This document shows positions 1-9,116 of a stretch of DNA of 64,000 nt, in pieces. The translations under genes and the position numbers were made by a program. The stretch lies in IMG/VR virus record IMGVR_UViG_3300027747_002221, positions 1-64,000 of that record; one strand, given 5' to 3'. The first letter of the stretch is position 1; each line of letters begins with the position of its first letter. Below the pieces are notes generated by a model that searched no databases, was not told where the DNA came from, and saw nothing but the letters and a program-made list of their open reading frames with translations.

Positions 1-579
1 TATGATTAGAATTTCAAACCATTTTATTATAAAATTTTCATAATCTTTAAAAGAAACATTTTTTTGATTTGCCTGGTTTGAACTATAAGGTTTTATTTCA
101 ACAGATTCTAATCTAGATAATAGATTAAAATTTAATATCATTTCATCTACGTCTTTTTTTATTAACTTATCCCCGGCCAACATTAGAACACAAAAAGGTT
201 TTTTAAGTAAAGCCATATTTTTCCATACTAATTCTGAATCTTGTCTACAATCAAAATCATAACTAACAGATGTATAGCATTCTTCATCCGTTGTTATATC
301 ATTTATCATTGATAAATTTGTAATAATATTAAATTTTACATTGGGGTTATATAATTTACATACTTGTTTTAAATCATAAAAGTATTTTTTAGGTAGTAAG
401 CCAACCTCACCCCCGTATAAATCTATTTGATCTATGGTTTCATATGTAGATATTTCTGATAATTTTTCATTCAATTTATCTAAATTTAATAATTTTTTAT
501 CTGATAATTGTTGATTATCTAAATAACAAAAATCACATCTAAAATTGCAATAGTACCACGGATTAATAGAAATATTCAT
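1..579 (-). CDS. Radical SAM protein (N-terminal part; runs off window edge)
   Basis: Not in ORF track. My translation from ATG at 579 (TAATG overlap with upstream stop): MNISINPWYYCNFRCDFCYL...IDLYGGEVGLLP, with CxxxCxxC and GGE motifs. Confidence 0.85.
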   Translation of the reverse strand, partial: MNISINPWYYCNFRCDFCYLDNQQLSDKKLLNLDKLNEKLSEISTYETIDQIDLYGGEVGLLPKKYFYDLKQVCKLYNPNVKFNIITNLSMINDITTDEECYTSVSYDFDCRQDSELVWKNMALLKKPFCVLMLAGDKLIKKDVDEMILNFNLLSRLESVEIKPYSSNQANQKNVSFKDYENFIIKWFEILII

Positions 580-1175
580 TAAATATCTAAATTTATAACT
601 ATTGCAAGTCGATCTTCATTACCAGTATAAGTATTAACTTCGTGCCAAATATAAGCAGGTGCTACAACCAATCTATTTTTTTTAGTTTCCACAGAAAATG
701 TTTCTGGGGGGTGAAAATGTAGATTAGAATGAAAAGCCGGATCTCTTAATATTAATTCCCCGCCGTATTGACTATTATCTATATCATTAAGATAAAAAAT
801 TCCAAATGCGGACGCACCAATATGATTATGTAAAGATTTATTTTCTCCAGTTTTCATGAAAGGTAACTTTCCTGAATTTTTAGATACCATAACTTTTAAC
901 ATATCTTTTGTCAAAATGTTTTCATCGTAAGATGATGCTAATTCATAAAAACCATCAAGAAATAAATTTTGCAACTCTCGCAAAATTGGAAACTTATTTA
1001 AATTATTTTCTGTAAATAGAGGTATCTCATCATCTATTAAAGATTTATTCGCATTATTTTGTGCCATATAATCTTTAAAAACAGTTAATGTTATTGTTTT
1101 TATTTTCTCATTCCAACTATCATCTAAAATATGATCCTTAATTACCACATTAACAGGGAATATCGTTTTTATCAC
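579..1175 (-). CDS. 2OG-Fe(II) oxygenase-like protein (TIGR02466-like)
   Basis: LHNH...GIFYL...GGELILRDP...PAYIWHEV...DRLAIVINL jelly-roll pattern; paralog of 1896..2534. Confidence 0.7.
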   Translation of the reverse strand: MIKTIFPVNVVIKDHILDDSWNEKIKTITLTVFKDYMAQNNANKSLIDDEIPLFTENNLNKFPILRELQNLFLDGFYELASSYDENILTKDMLKVMVSKNSGKLPFMKTGENKSLHNHIGASAFGIFYLNDIDNSQYGGELILRDPAFHSNLHFHPPETFSVETKKNRLVVAPAYIWHEVNTYTGNEDRLAIVINLDI

Positions 1176-1899
1176 AGGGTTCTCCTTTATAAACTTTTAT
1201 ATATTTATTATAGATTTCTTCAGCAATAAATTGTTGTCCAATCCCATTAGGATGATTATCTTTTTCTGATAATACAAATTTAGAATATTTGGATGAAAAA
1301 GTATATCCTCCAAGTTTTTTATCGGATGGCCAACCAATAATATTATTCATATTATCTATTTTATTGAAATATTTTGAGTTTAATAGTTGAGCAAAAAACT
1401 TAGTTTGATCTATATCTGTTCTAAAAATATTAACTAATGGAAAATGTATTATTGGAATTTGTTTCATCTGACAGAAATCATCAAGATAACAAATTAATCT
1501 AAGTGTTTGTTCTATACACTCCATATGCAATTCTTTTTTATCTATATGTTCCTTTAATTTTTTGGAAAAAGAATTCAATTCCTCTAAAAAATTCGGATCA
1601 TGATCTTCACAGTAAATGTTATTAATGTCATACTGGTCATACAATGATGTTTTTAATCCGTACGTCCATCCAACAACCACTAAATCTATTTTTTCAGGAT
1701 TTTCCAATATATTGGACATTAATTTGTCATACAAATAGATATTAGATGCACCTGTCTTTGAAATATTTTTAACAGGTAAATTTAATTTTTCGGATATTAA
1801 ATCTGGCCATTTTTTAAAATTAAAATCCACATCTAAATCATCATGGGGTTGCCATTTACCATCTGAATAACTAGTACCAGCAGTTAGAATATATTTCAT
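1150..1899 (-). CDS. SGNH/GDSL-like hydrolase or acyltransferase
   Basis: N-terminal AGTSYS, GASN block, C-terminal DNHPN (DxH) motif. Confidence 0.55.
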   Translation of the reverse strand: MKYILTAGTSYSDGKWQPHDDLDVDFNFKKWPDLISEKLNLPVKNISKTGASNIYLYDKLMSNILENPEKIDLVVVGWTYGLKTSLYDQYDINNIYCEDHDPNFLEELNSFSKKLKEHIDKKELHMECIEQTLRLICYLDDFCQMKQIPIIHFPLVNIFRTDIDQTKFFAQLLNSKYFNKIDNMNNIIGWPSDKKLGGYTFSSKYSKFVLSEKDNHPNGIGQQFIAEEIYNKYIKVYKGEPCDKNDIPC

Positions 1900-2534
1900 T
1901 TTCTATCTAAATCCACAACAGCACAAAATCGATCTTTTCCATAAAATTTACTAACTTCATGCCAAATATATGATGGCCCTATAATCATTCTATTTTTTTT
2001 AGTTTTAATTTTAATTTTTTGCTTAGGATGAAATCCTTTATTCGCATGAAATGCAGGATCATGTAAAATTAATTCACCGCCATATTGACTATTATCTACA
2101 TCTGACAAGTAAAATATAGCAAATGCTCTGGATGGGTGATTATGTAATCCCACTACCATATTCTTTTTTAATTCCGTAAAATTGCCGGAATCACTAAAAA
2201 ATATTTTTTTTATTTCATCTTTTGTTAGAATATTATTTTTAAAACTTGAAGCTAATTCATAAAAACAATCAATATACATATCTCGCAATTCTTTTATTAT
2301 AGGAAACATAGATGAGGTTTCCTCAGTAATAACATATGGTTTGGAAAGTTTGTGATAATCGTATGTCAATAAAAAAGTATTTTTATTATTTTTTAAATCT
2401 TTTCTCAAATCGCAATATTCACCATTTAACGATAGGGCCTTTAAAGTATTAATTAATTCGCAATTCCATTGTTCAGATTTTTCATAATCTTTTATTAGAA
2501 TATTAGTAAAAAATGGAGTTATTATATTATTCAT
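1896..2534 (-). CDS. 2OG-Fe(II) oxygenase-like protein (TIGR02466-like)
   Basis: LHNHP...FYL..DNSQYGGELILHDP...PSYIWHEV...DRF; near-identical C-terminal half to 579..1175. Confidence 0.7.
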   Translation of the reverse strand: MNNIITPFFTNILIKDYEKSEQWNCELINTLKALSLNGEYCDLRKDLKNNKNTFLLTYDYHKLSKPYVITEETSSMFPIIKELRDMYIDCFYELASSFKNNILTKDEIKKIFFSDSGNFTELKKNMVVGLHNHPSRAFAIFYLSDVDNSQYGGELILHDPAFHANKGFHPKQKIKIKTKKNRMIIGPSYIWHEVSKFYGKDRFCAVVDLDRK

Positions 2535-3627
2535 TTAATGTATAACATTTAAGATATTCTTTATTATGTCTATTTTCTAAAATAGATTGTATCAAATAGT
2601 GATTGACTGTACCCAAATCTATAGAGAAAAATGATCCTGCAGAATGCTCGAATGTGGCTTCTGTTTCAATTATTTTTTCTAAAAAATCATCCGTAAAATT
2701 TACAAAACAAGGCAAAAAATCTAGTTTATTAATATCAGATTTTACGTATGTATAAACGCTTTCCTCATTCCAACTGTTACCCGCAATATTGTTAAATTTT
2801 TTAAATAATTCTATATCATCTTTAGTTATATTACTAAAAGTAATCTCATTATTAAATGACGTATACATGAAAGGTTCCTGCCAAATTCTTTCACACGTAA
2901 AAAGTTTTGCATATTCCGAGTTATCTGTTATTATATCGTAAAAATTTTCAAAAGTATATTTCTTTGTTAAATTTAGTTTTTTAGTAAATCTTTCTGTAAG
3001 AATATGAACAAAAAATATTTCTTTTATTTCATACAAATATTTGATAAGATCTTTTTTAATTAGCGGCACTAAAGAATTTTTTAATTCTTTTTTATAACTG
3101 CCATCGTATAAATATGACGCAAGTAAATATTCCACACTAGCAAAAGAAAGAAATTCGTGAGTATTGAATTTATATTGTACAAGATTATTATATTTCTCAG
3201 AAAACTCGTTAAAACTAATATTATAGATATGATGACTTTTAGTAAAAACAGTTAGACGAAATAATAATGATTTATATATGTAATATATTTTATCTAAACT
3301 AGTTTTTTTTAAAATATTAACTAACCAAATAATTAATAGATCTAAAAATATATTTTCTTTGGCATATATAATAACTTTTGTATCCAAAGATTTTAAATAC
3401 AAAAACATTTTTTCAATAGTATCAAATGTTTTTTCTTTACCTATTATATCCTCTAAATCCATGCCCGCGGCAATTATTTTTCCATGATGATTTCCTGCAG
3501 CGGAAACTAACATATGTTCGGAAATTTTTTCAGAAATAACAATTCTATCTAAATTAACATCAATATGTGTATCATTAGAAATATATACATTATTAAATAA
3601 ATGAATTTTTTCTATCAAATGTAACAT
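2527..3627 (-). CDS. Hypothetical protein, paralog of 9113..10312
   Basis: 366-aa ORF; shares HLFxxVxxxxDxHID, RxVIS and SxExxLAxxxYD blocks with 9113..10312. Confidence 0.6.
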   Translation of the reverse strand: MLHLIEKIHLFNNVYISNDTHIDVNLDRIVISEKISEHMLVSAAGNHHGKIIAAGMDLEDIIGKEKTFDTIEKMFLYLKSLDTKVIIYAKENIFLDLLIIWLVNILKKTSLDKIYYIYKSLLFRLTVFTKSHHIYNISFNEFSEKYNNLVQYKFNTHEFLSFASVEYLLASYLYDGSYKKELKNSLVPLIKKDLIKYLYEIKEIFFVHILTERFTKKLNLTKKYTFENFYDIITDNSEYAKLFTCERIWQEPFMYTSFNNEITFSNITKDDIELFKKFNNIAGNSWNEESVYTYVKSDINKLDFLPCFVNFTDDFLEKIIETEATFEHSAGSFFSIDLGTVNHYLIQSILENRHNKEYLKCYTLNE

Positions 3628-4684
3628 CTTGTATTTTTATAACCTTTCTTATAAAATTTCCCTCATCTTCGTAAGGAGTAACCTCAATATCTAGTCCATT
3701 TGCTTCTATGATAGTTGCAGCAATTTGTTTCATAGATTTACAATGTTCCTCTACCAAACCAAACTTTTTCTGATCCTTCACAGTTTTTCGGCATCCATTA
3801 CATATTAAAAACATTGGGCAGGTATAACAGGCATTTTTCATAGTATTTAAATCGTAATCATTTGTCAAAGGAGTAAAAAAATCTCCAGACATTTCCGATT
3901 CAAAGTCTATTGGTTTTTCCTTGTCGTCTCCAAAGGATCCGCAAGAGTAATAATCTCCTTCAGGTTGCAATGCTCGTATGCTGGAATCGCAATTTCTAGA
4001 TTGAGGGCATGTAGTACCTTTGCCAGTCAATCTGCCCAACATTTGCGAAGTATTATGTTCCCAAGGATGCAGACCTGCTTTCCAAATATTTATATACTGT
4101 TTGTATATTTTAGAAAGTAGATACGGTTTTTCCTGATCTCCTGATGCCATTGCATAATTTATTTTACAAACCACATTCATTTTTTTCGCAAGTTCCACAG
4201 TCTTTAAAACAGTATCTTCATTTTCTTCCGTGATAACTGAAATAAATTGTGGTCTATACCCAATCTTATCCAACATCATATTAGAAACATCCCAAAAATC
4301 TTTTTCGGTAAATGGGGTATAGTCACCTTTTAATCGCCCATTACCATATTGAAAACTTGTAGAAACACCAACTCTAGGATTTAAAAATAAATCTGTCCAT
4401 TTTTTAGGTTGTTTATAAAATGGCCAAAGATTAGTAGTTAAAGATAGTGTGGTTGATAAATTATTTTTATCCAAATAATCTATTATATCCCAATAATATT
4501 TTGGTTTCATCATCAAAGGATCGCCACCATTAACAATAATAGTATTGGTATTCGGAAATCGTTTTAAAAATTTAAAAACATAGTCTAAATTTAAAACTGA
4601 AGTATGTTTTTCACTAATTTTAGTTGAAGAGCAGAAAGTACATTTGAAATTACATACCTCAGTTGGTTTTATAATTAAGTCCAT
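3593..4684 (-). CDS. Radical SAM/SPASM domain protein
   Basis: CNFKCTFC, NGGDP; C-terminal CPQSRNC...YYSCG...CYTCPMFLICNGC...HC auxiliary cluster motif. Confidence 0.88.
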   Translation of the reverse strand: MDLIIKPTEVCNFKCTFCSSTKISEKHTSVLNLDYVFKFLKRFPNTNTIIVNGGDPLMMKPKYYWDIIDYLDKNNLSTTLSLTTNLWPFYKQPKKWTDLFLNPRVGVSTSFQYGNGRLKGDYTPFTEKDFWDVSNMMLDKIGYRPQFISVITEENEDTVLKTVELAKKMNVVCKINYAMASGDQEKPYLLSKIYKQYINIWKAGLHPWEHNTSQMLGRLTGKGTTCPQSRNCDSSIRALQPEGDYYSCGSFGDDKEKPIDFESEMSGDFFTPLTNDYDLNTMKNACYTCPMFLICNGCRKTVKDQKKFGLVEEHCKSMKQIAATIIEANGLDIEVTPYEDEGNFIRKVIKIQDVTFDRKNSFI

Positions 4685-5187
4685 TACATTAATCCCGGAA
4701 TATACATTTCATAGCTTATTAGTCTTCTTGGGCCTGTAATATGTTTTGCTCTATGCTGAAAAATTTTATTTTGATTTAGCCACATAAAGTCTCCTCGTTT
4801 TGGATATATAACAAATTCTTCAGTTTGATTTTTAACTTGTATATTATTTCCATAGTTATCATCTAAATATAACAACAGATTAGAATTAAAATTTTTCTTT
4901 ACCATATAATCGGTGTGCCATTCTTTGGATTTAGTATCAACTCCCTGCCACATAGATTTTTCTAATAATTCTATGTTTGGAAATAATTTAGATAAGTGTC
5001 TATCAAATATTATATCATAAATTTCACTCAAATATTTTTGTGCTTTTTTATCTATGATAGGATTGTTATCTATAATGTCTTCATTCTCAGAACAATCTAA
5101 AAATACAAACTCAGAAAAATCATAATTATCTATTTCGGCAAAATGCCCTTGTATATACCCGTTAACAAAAAAATCATACGTATTCAT
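4684..5187 (-). CDS. 2OG-Fe(II) oxygenase
   Basis: WHTD (HxD)...FQHRA (H)...RRLISY (2OG-binding R). Confidence 0.72.
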   Translation of the reverse strand: MNTYDFFVNGYIQGHFAEIDNYDFSEFVFLDCSENEDIIDNNPIIDKKAQKYLSEIYDIIFDRHLSKLFPNIELLEKSMWQGVDTKSKEWHTDYMVKKNFNSNLLLYLDDNYGNNIQVKNQTEEFVIYPKRGDFMWLNQNKIFQHRAKHITGPRRLISYEMYIPGLM

Positions 5188-5726
5188 ATATTAAAATAGT
5201 AAGATGATACTATTCTTTTATTTTTAGACTTTTCTGCCCTATGTAAAAAATTATTTTTGCAATTTACCCCAATGAGCATTCCTTCTGTTGGATATATTTT
5301 AACTTCAGAATTTTTAGTTTTAAAATAAATTGCACCATCATCTTTCATATTGGAATGATATAATAAAAAGAAACAATTAGGTCCTTCGCGTAAATCATTA
5401 TGCCATACCGTTGCATCGGTGTTTACCCCTTCCCAAATGCGTCTTTTTTCTATAGTATAATCTTTAAAATATGGTTCCACAATATCTTTTGCAATCTGTA
5501 AATGTATTTGATGTAATATTATGTTATAAATTTTTATATCTTTTGGATGATAATCATTATTTTTACCTCCCTCATGTATCCAAATAATATCACTTAATAA
5601 AGGAGATATAATATCATGGTATTTTTTTCCGGTTGCTATAAAAAACCCATCGTGTGTAAATTTTTTAATTAGGTTTTTCGAATCCATATTTGTTATTACA
5701 TTCTCTGGTATATTCTGTTTCGCCAA
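5184..5726 (-). CDS. 2OG-Fe(II) oxygenase
   Basis: WEGVN...WHND...FLHRA...KRIVSSY; start may be Met at 5687. Confidence 0.72.
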   Translation of the reverse strand: MAKQNIPENVITNMDSKNLIKKFTHDGFFIATGKKYHDIISPLLSDIIWIHEGGKNNDYHPKDIKIYNIILHQIHLQIAKDIVEPYFKDYTIEKRRIWEGVNTDATVWHNDLREGPNCFFLLYHSNMKDDGAIYFKTKNSEVKIYPTEGMLIGVNCKNNFLHRAEKSKNKRIVSSYYFNI

Positions 5727-5958
5727 TAGATTCTACACCTTCAATCTCGCAAATTTTTCTATTAACTTCTCGTATTTCTTCTTTTAGTAAATTTGTATAT
5801 GGTTCCAAATTGAATATTAAATTTATATACATTTCATATTTTTCTTTATTATCTTGGCAATCGTATAAGCGAGTTATCCAAAGGTTATATAACTCTGCAC
5901 ATAAATCTCGTTCGTCACCTATTGTATTTTTTATTTTGAATAATTCTTCTGCTGTCAT
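5665..5958 (-). CDS. Hypothetical helical protein
   Basis: 97-aa ORF overlapping both neighbours in the operon. Confidence 0.5.
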   Translation of the reverse strand: MTAEELFKIKNTIGDERDLCAELYNLWITRLYDCQDNKEKYEMYINLIFNLEPYTNLLKEEIREVNRKICEIEGVESIGETEYTRECNNKYGFEKPN

Positions 5959-6458
5959 AATATATTAAAATCAAAAGATGCCACTCGGCGTTGTATACTA
6001 GATGGTGTTGCTTTATGCCAGAACTTTTTACCGTTATTTACTAGGAATAAATCTCCAGCAATTGGCTGAAAAGATTCTTCGCAATCCCCATATTTAAATT
6101 GGACTGCTCCGCCAGTTTCTAAATAAGTATTATCAAAATAATATAGAAAAAATAAATCGTACCCCTCAAACATATCAGTATGCCAACCTTGATTATCCTT
6201 ATCTACACCGTCCCACACGATAAATTTATTATATCTCGAATTATGCCAATTAGCATCTATATATTTTTCTTTTAAGTAATATGCAAATGTGTTTAATCTA
6301 TTAGTTAATTCCAAAGGAATATCTTTGATACCATTATCTCTAGATCTTTCTTCCACATTCAATAATTTAAAATCATTAATTTTTATTAATGATAGCGCAT
6401 CGGGTTCCAAAAATTTAAAAAATCCCTTTTCTTCTATATCTTTTACTATACTAGACAT
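5955..6458 (-). CDS. 2OG-Fe(II) oxygenase
   Basis: WDGVD...WHTD...GGAVQF...FWHKA...RRVASFDF. Confidence 0.72.
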   Translation of the reverse strand: MSSIVKDIEEKGFFKFLEPDALSLIKINDFKLLNVEERSRDNGIKDIPLELTNRLNTFAYYLKEKYIDANWHNSRYNKFIVWDGVDKDNQGWHTDMFEGYDLFFLYYFDNTYLETGGAVQFKYGDCEESFQPIAGDLFLVNNGKKFWHKATPSSIQRRVASFDFNIL

Positions 6459-8125
6459 GATGCCATTACCTCACTTTTAATAATCTCCAAATTATTTATT
6501 AATAATTCTTCAATAGTTTGTATTCTAAATTTGCCTAGTAACATTCTTATTGATCTAGGTTTAGAATTTTGGTCAAAAATATCATCAATTTCTTCTTGTA
6601 TAGGAATAAAATCATCTAGTTGCTTTATTATATTAAAACTAAGTTTGGCAAAATCTCCGGGTGTTATATATGTTTCAAATAAATGATAGCAATTTTTTAT
6701 TAAAAAATTACCTGCATTATTCATAAACCACATCTCTTTTATATCATCTTCAGTAAAAGAATAACAAGATTTTATCGTTTCAAAATAATTTACTTTATTT
6801 TTATACAATGTATTCCAACTATCAGACCCAGCTTCGTCTACTATATCGGAATAAACTTTTACAGTTTTAATGTTATACTTTTCTTTATAAACTTTATCGT
6901 TTAATCTAGAATCCGGAAGAAACATATAGTCATGTCTATAACTTCCCCATGCCTTAAAATTCCATATTATTTCCATTTCGTCGTAAAAATCTTGTATTGT
7001 TGAGCCTGGCATGCCCAATATTAATTCTAATGCAGGAACAGGAAAATTAAATTCTTCGCATCTATTTTTAATATGTTCACTTAATTTAATTTTATCTTTA
7101 AAAGAAAGATCAATCCTTTCTGCAACTTTCATTGCCTCATCTGATATACTTTGTATTGAAACTGTAGGCACTATAGAATTTCTAATTAGATCATTCCATT
7201 TATCATCTTTTTGGTTTTTTATTCTAATATCCGATCCAACTATATTAAACCAAGAATCAATTAATTTTTTTCTTCTATTTAAATCTTTGGATTTAACAGT
7301 CGAAATATCAGTCAGACTAAATTTATTATTCCATGCAAATTCAAATATTTCTAAATCTCTTTCTTCAAAAGCACCAAAATTTGCATCAGTTAAATATGCT
7401 CCAGTATACCCACATTTGATCATAGCTAAAATATCTCGTTTAACTATATCCAATGGCTTTTTGTAAATTTTTGTTCCTATTCCTCCACCCCATTCGCAGA
7501 ATACACATTTATAGGGACACCCCCGTGTTGTTTCCAAAACAATAAAAGGTTCCATTTGTTTTGTATAAGCATAATTTAAAATTTCAGTTAAATACTTTTC
7601 ATGTTCTTCATATACTGAATAGTTAATATCGAGTAAATATGTTTTATTTTTTTCAGATTGCAATTCCCACGATACATCTTTTTTATTAGGTTTGCCATTT
7701 GAGGTAAACCAGGAATCAATTAAATCTTCTACGAATACTTCTCCAGGTTTAGTGGGTTGGCATATAAAATCATAATCAATCCTTGATTCTAAAAATTTAT
7801 TGTCATTGGTACCAATATGCGGGCCACCTAATACTGTAATTTTATTTGAATTTTTATTTTTAATTGTTTTTGCTATATTATCTAATATATCGTAATTCCA
7901 GACATATGAAGAAAATAAAATTATATCTGCTGTTTGTATTTCTTCAATTACCTCATCTATAGTCTGATACATATCCCATTTATAAGGAGCTGGCAACCAT
8001 TCTACATTTTTAGAATATTTACCGTAACGTGTATAGTGACTTTGACATAGTAAATATGTCAAATTATTTACTAAAGACCAGTCAGCGTGAGGGGGATTAA
8101 TGAATGCTATTTTTAATTTCAACAT
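6446..8125 (-). CDS. Cobalamin-binding (B12-dependent) radical SAM protein
   Basis: N-terminal Rossmann-like FSSYVWN...VLGGPHI; ETTRGCPYKCVFC; LTDANFG. Likely start MLKLKIAFINPP at 8125 (ORF track extends to 8161). Confidence 0.82.
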   Translation of the reverse strand: MLKLKIAFINPPHADWSLVNNLTYLLCQSHYTRYGKYSKNVEWLPAPYKWDMYQTIDEVIEEIQTADIILFSSYVWNYDILDNIAKTIKNKNSNKITVLGGPHIGTNDNKFLESRIDYDFICQPTKPGEVFVEDLIDSWFTSNGKPNKKDVSWELQSEKNKTYLLDINYSVYEEHEKYLTEILNYAYTKQMEPFIVLETTRGCPYKCVFCEWGGGIGTKIYKKPLDIVKRDILAMIKCGYTGAYLTDANFGAFEERDLEIFEFAWNNKFSLTDISTVKSKDLNRRKKLIDSWFNIVGSDIRIKNQKDDKWNDLIRNSIVPTVSIQSISDEAMKVAERIDLSFKDKIKLSEHIKNRCEEFNFPVPALELILGMPGSTIQDFYDEMEIIWNFKAWGSYRHDYMFLPDSRLNDKVYKEKYNIKTVKVYSDIVDEAGSDSWNTLYKNKVNYFETIKSCYSFTEDDIKEMWFMNNAGNFLIKNCYHLFETYITPGDFAKLSFNIIKQLDDFIPIQEEIDDIFDQNSKPRSIRMLLGKFRIQTIEELLINNLEIIKSEVMASCLV

Positions 8126-9116
8126 ACTTAAAAGTCTCTTTAAAGACGCACTCACCCACATCTCTTACAATTTTTTTATAGTCATTTTTTATAAAACAAG
8201 TAAAAGGGCATTTTTTAAAATATTCACATTCGAAACAATTGTATTGATCAAAGAATTTTTGTATTATGATGGTAGAACCTAAATTTTTAGTGCTACTATC
8301 TCTTAATAAAACAGATCCTGAGCATCCGGCAGGATTAGTACCATCATACATAACTGTATAACTATTGCCTCTTGTACAGGACATTCTATTTTCTCTAGAA
8401 TTTTCTGTAAAATATGATATATTCAAACATAAAGGGTAATTATCAACCAAGTGTTTATAAAATTTTAATAGGTCTGATTCTTTTGGCATTAAGGTTTCAG
8501 AAATACTTATTGATGGTAGAAAAGAATCCCAATCGCATCTGAAATTATTATACAAATAATCAAAATATGAATCGCCCTTTATAACAGCTTCAATATTTTG
8601 TTTTGTCATTACCAAGGATATCATTTCAATTTTATCTTTAAAAATTTCTATATTATTTTTAAAGATATCAAACTGAGTATTAGTAAATCTACCATGGGGA
8701 TCGTATGATACTGATATTTTTAAATTATTTTTTTCAAGGAAATCTGAAACTTTTTTAGTTTCAAAAAAAACTAAATTTGTAACAAAATTAAAAACTAGTG
8801 TTTTTTCGGTATCCACCTTACTTTTTATTTTATCTATGAATCTTTGATATATACTTAAAAATTCTTCTTGAATCCAAATATCTTGAAATATTTCTCCACC
8901 CATTATATGTAATTTAAAATATGTAGATCTTTTATTATTATTGATCCATTCTACGATTCCTGGGACTTTGGAAAGTATTTCTTTTTCAGATGCACCTTGT
9001 GTATTGGTATGATCTTGAGGACAAAATACACACTTAAGATTGCAATGATCAAAAAGACAAATAACTAATTCTGCATAATCTATAATTTTTTTATCAATTA
9101 ATTCATAGGGTATCAT
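8097..9116 (-). CDS. Radical SAM protein with Cys-rich (SPASM-like) C-terminus
   Basis: CNLKCVFC, MGGE; C-terminal CTRG...GCSG...CFECEYFKKCPFTC...C. Confidence 0.82.
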   Translation of the reverse strand: MIPYELIDKKIIDYAELVICLFDHCNLKCVFCPQDHTNTQGASEKEILSKVPGIVEWINNNKRSTYFKLHIMGGEIFQDIWIQEEFLSIYQRFIDKIKSKVDTEKTLVFNFVTNLVFFETKKVSDFLEKNNLKISVSYDPHGRFTNTQFDIFKNNIEIFKDKIEMISLVMTKQNIEAVIKGDSYFDYLYNNFRCDWDSFLPSISISETLMPKESDLLKFYKHLVDNYPLCLNISYFTENSRENRMSCTRGNSYTVMYDGTNPAGCSGSVLLRDSSTKNLGSTIIIQKFFDQYNCFECEYFKKCPFTCFIKNDYKKIVRDVGECVFKETFKYVEIKNSIH

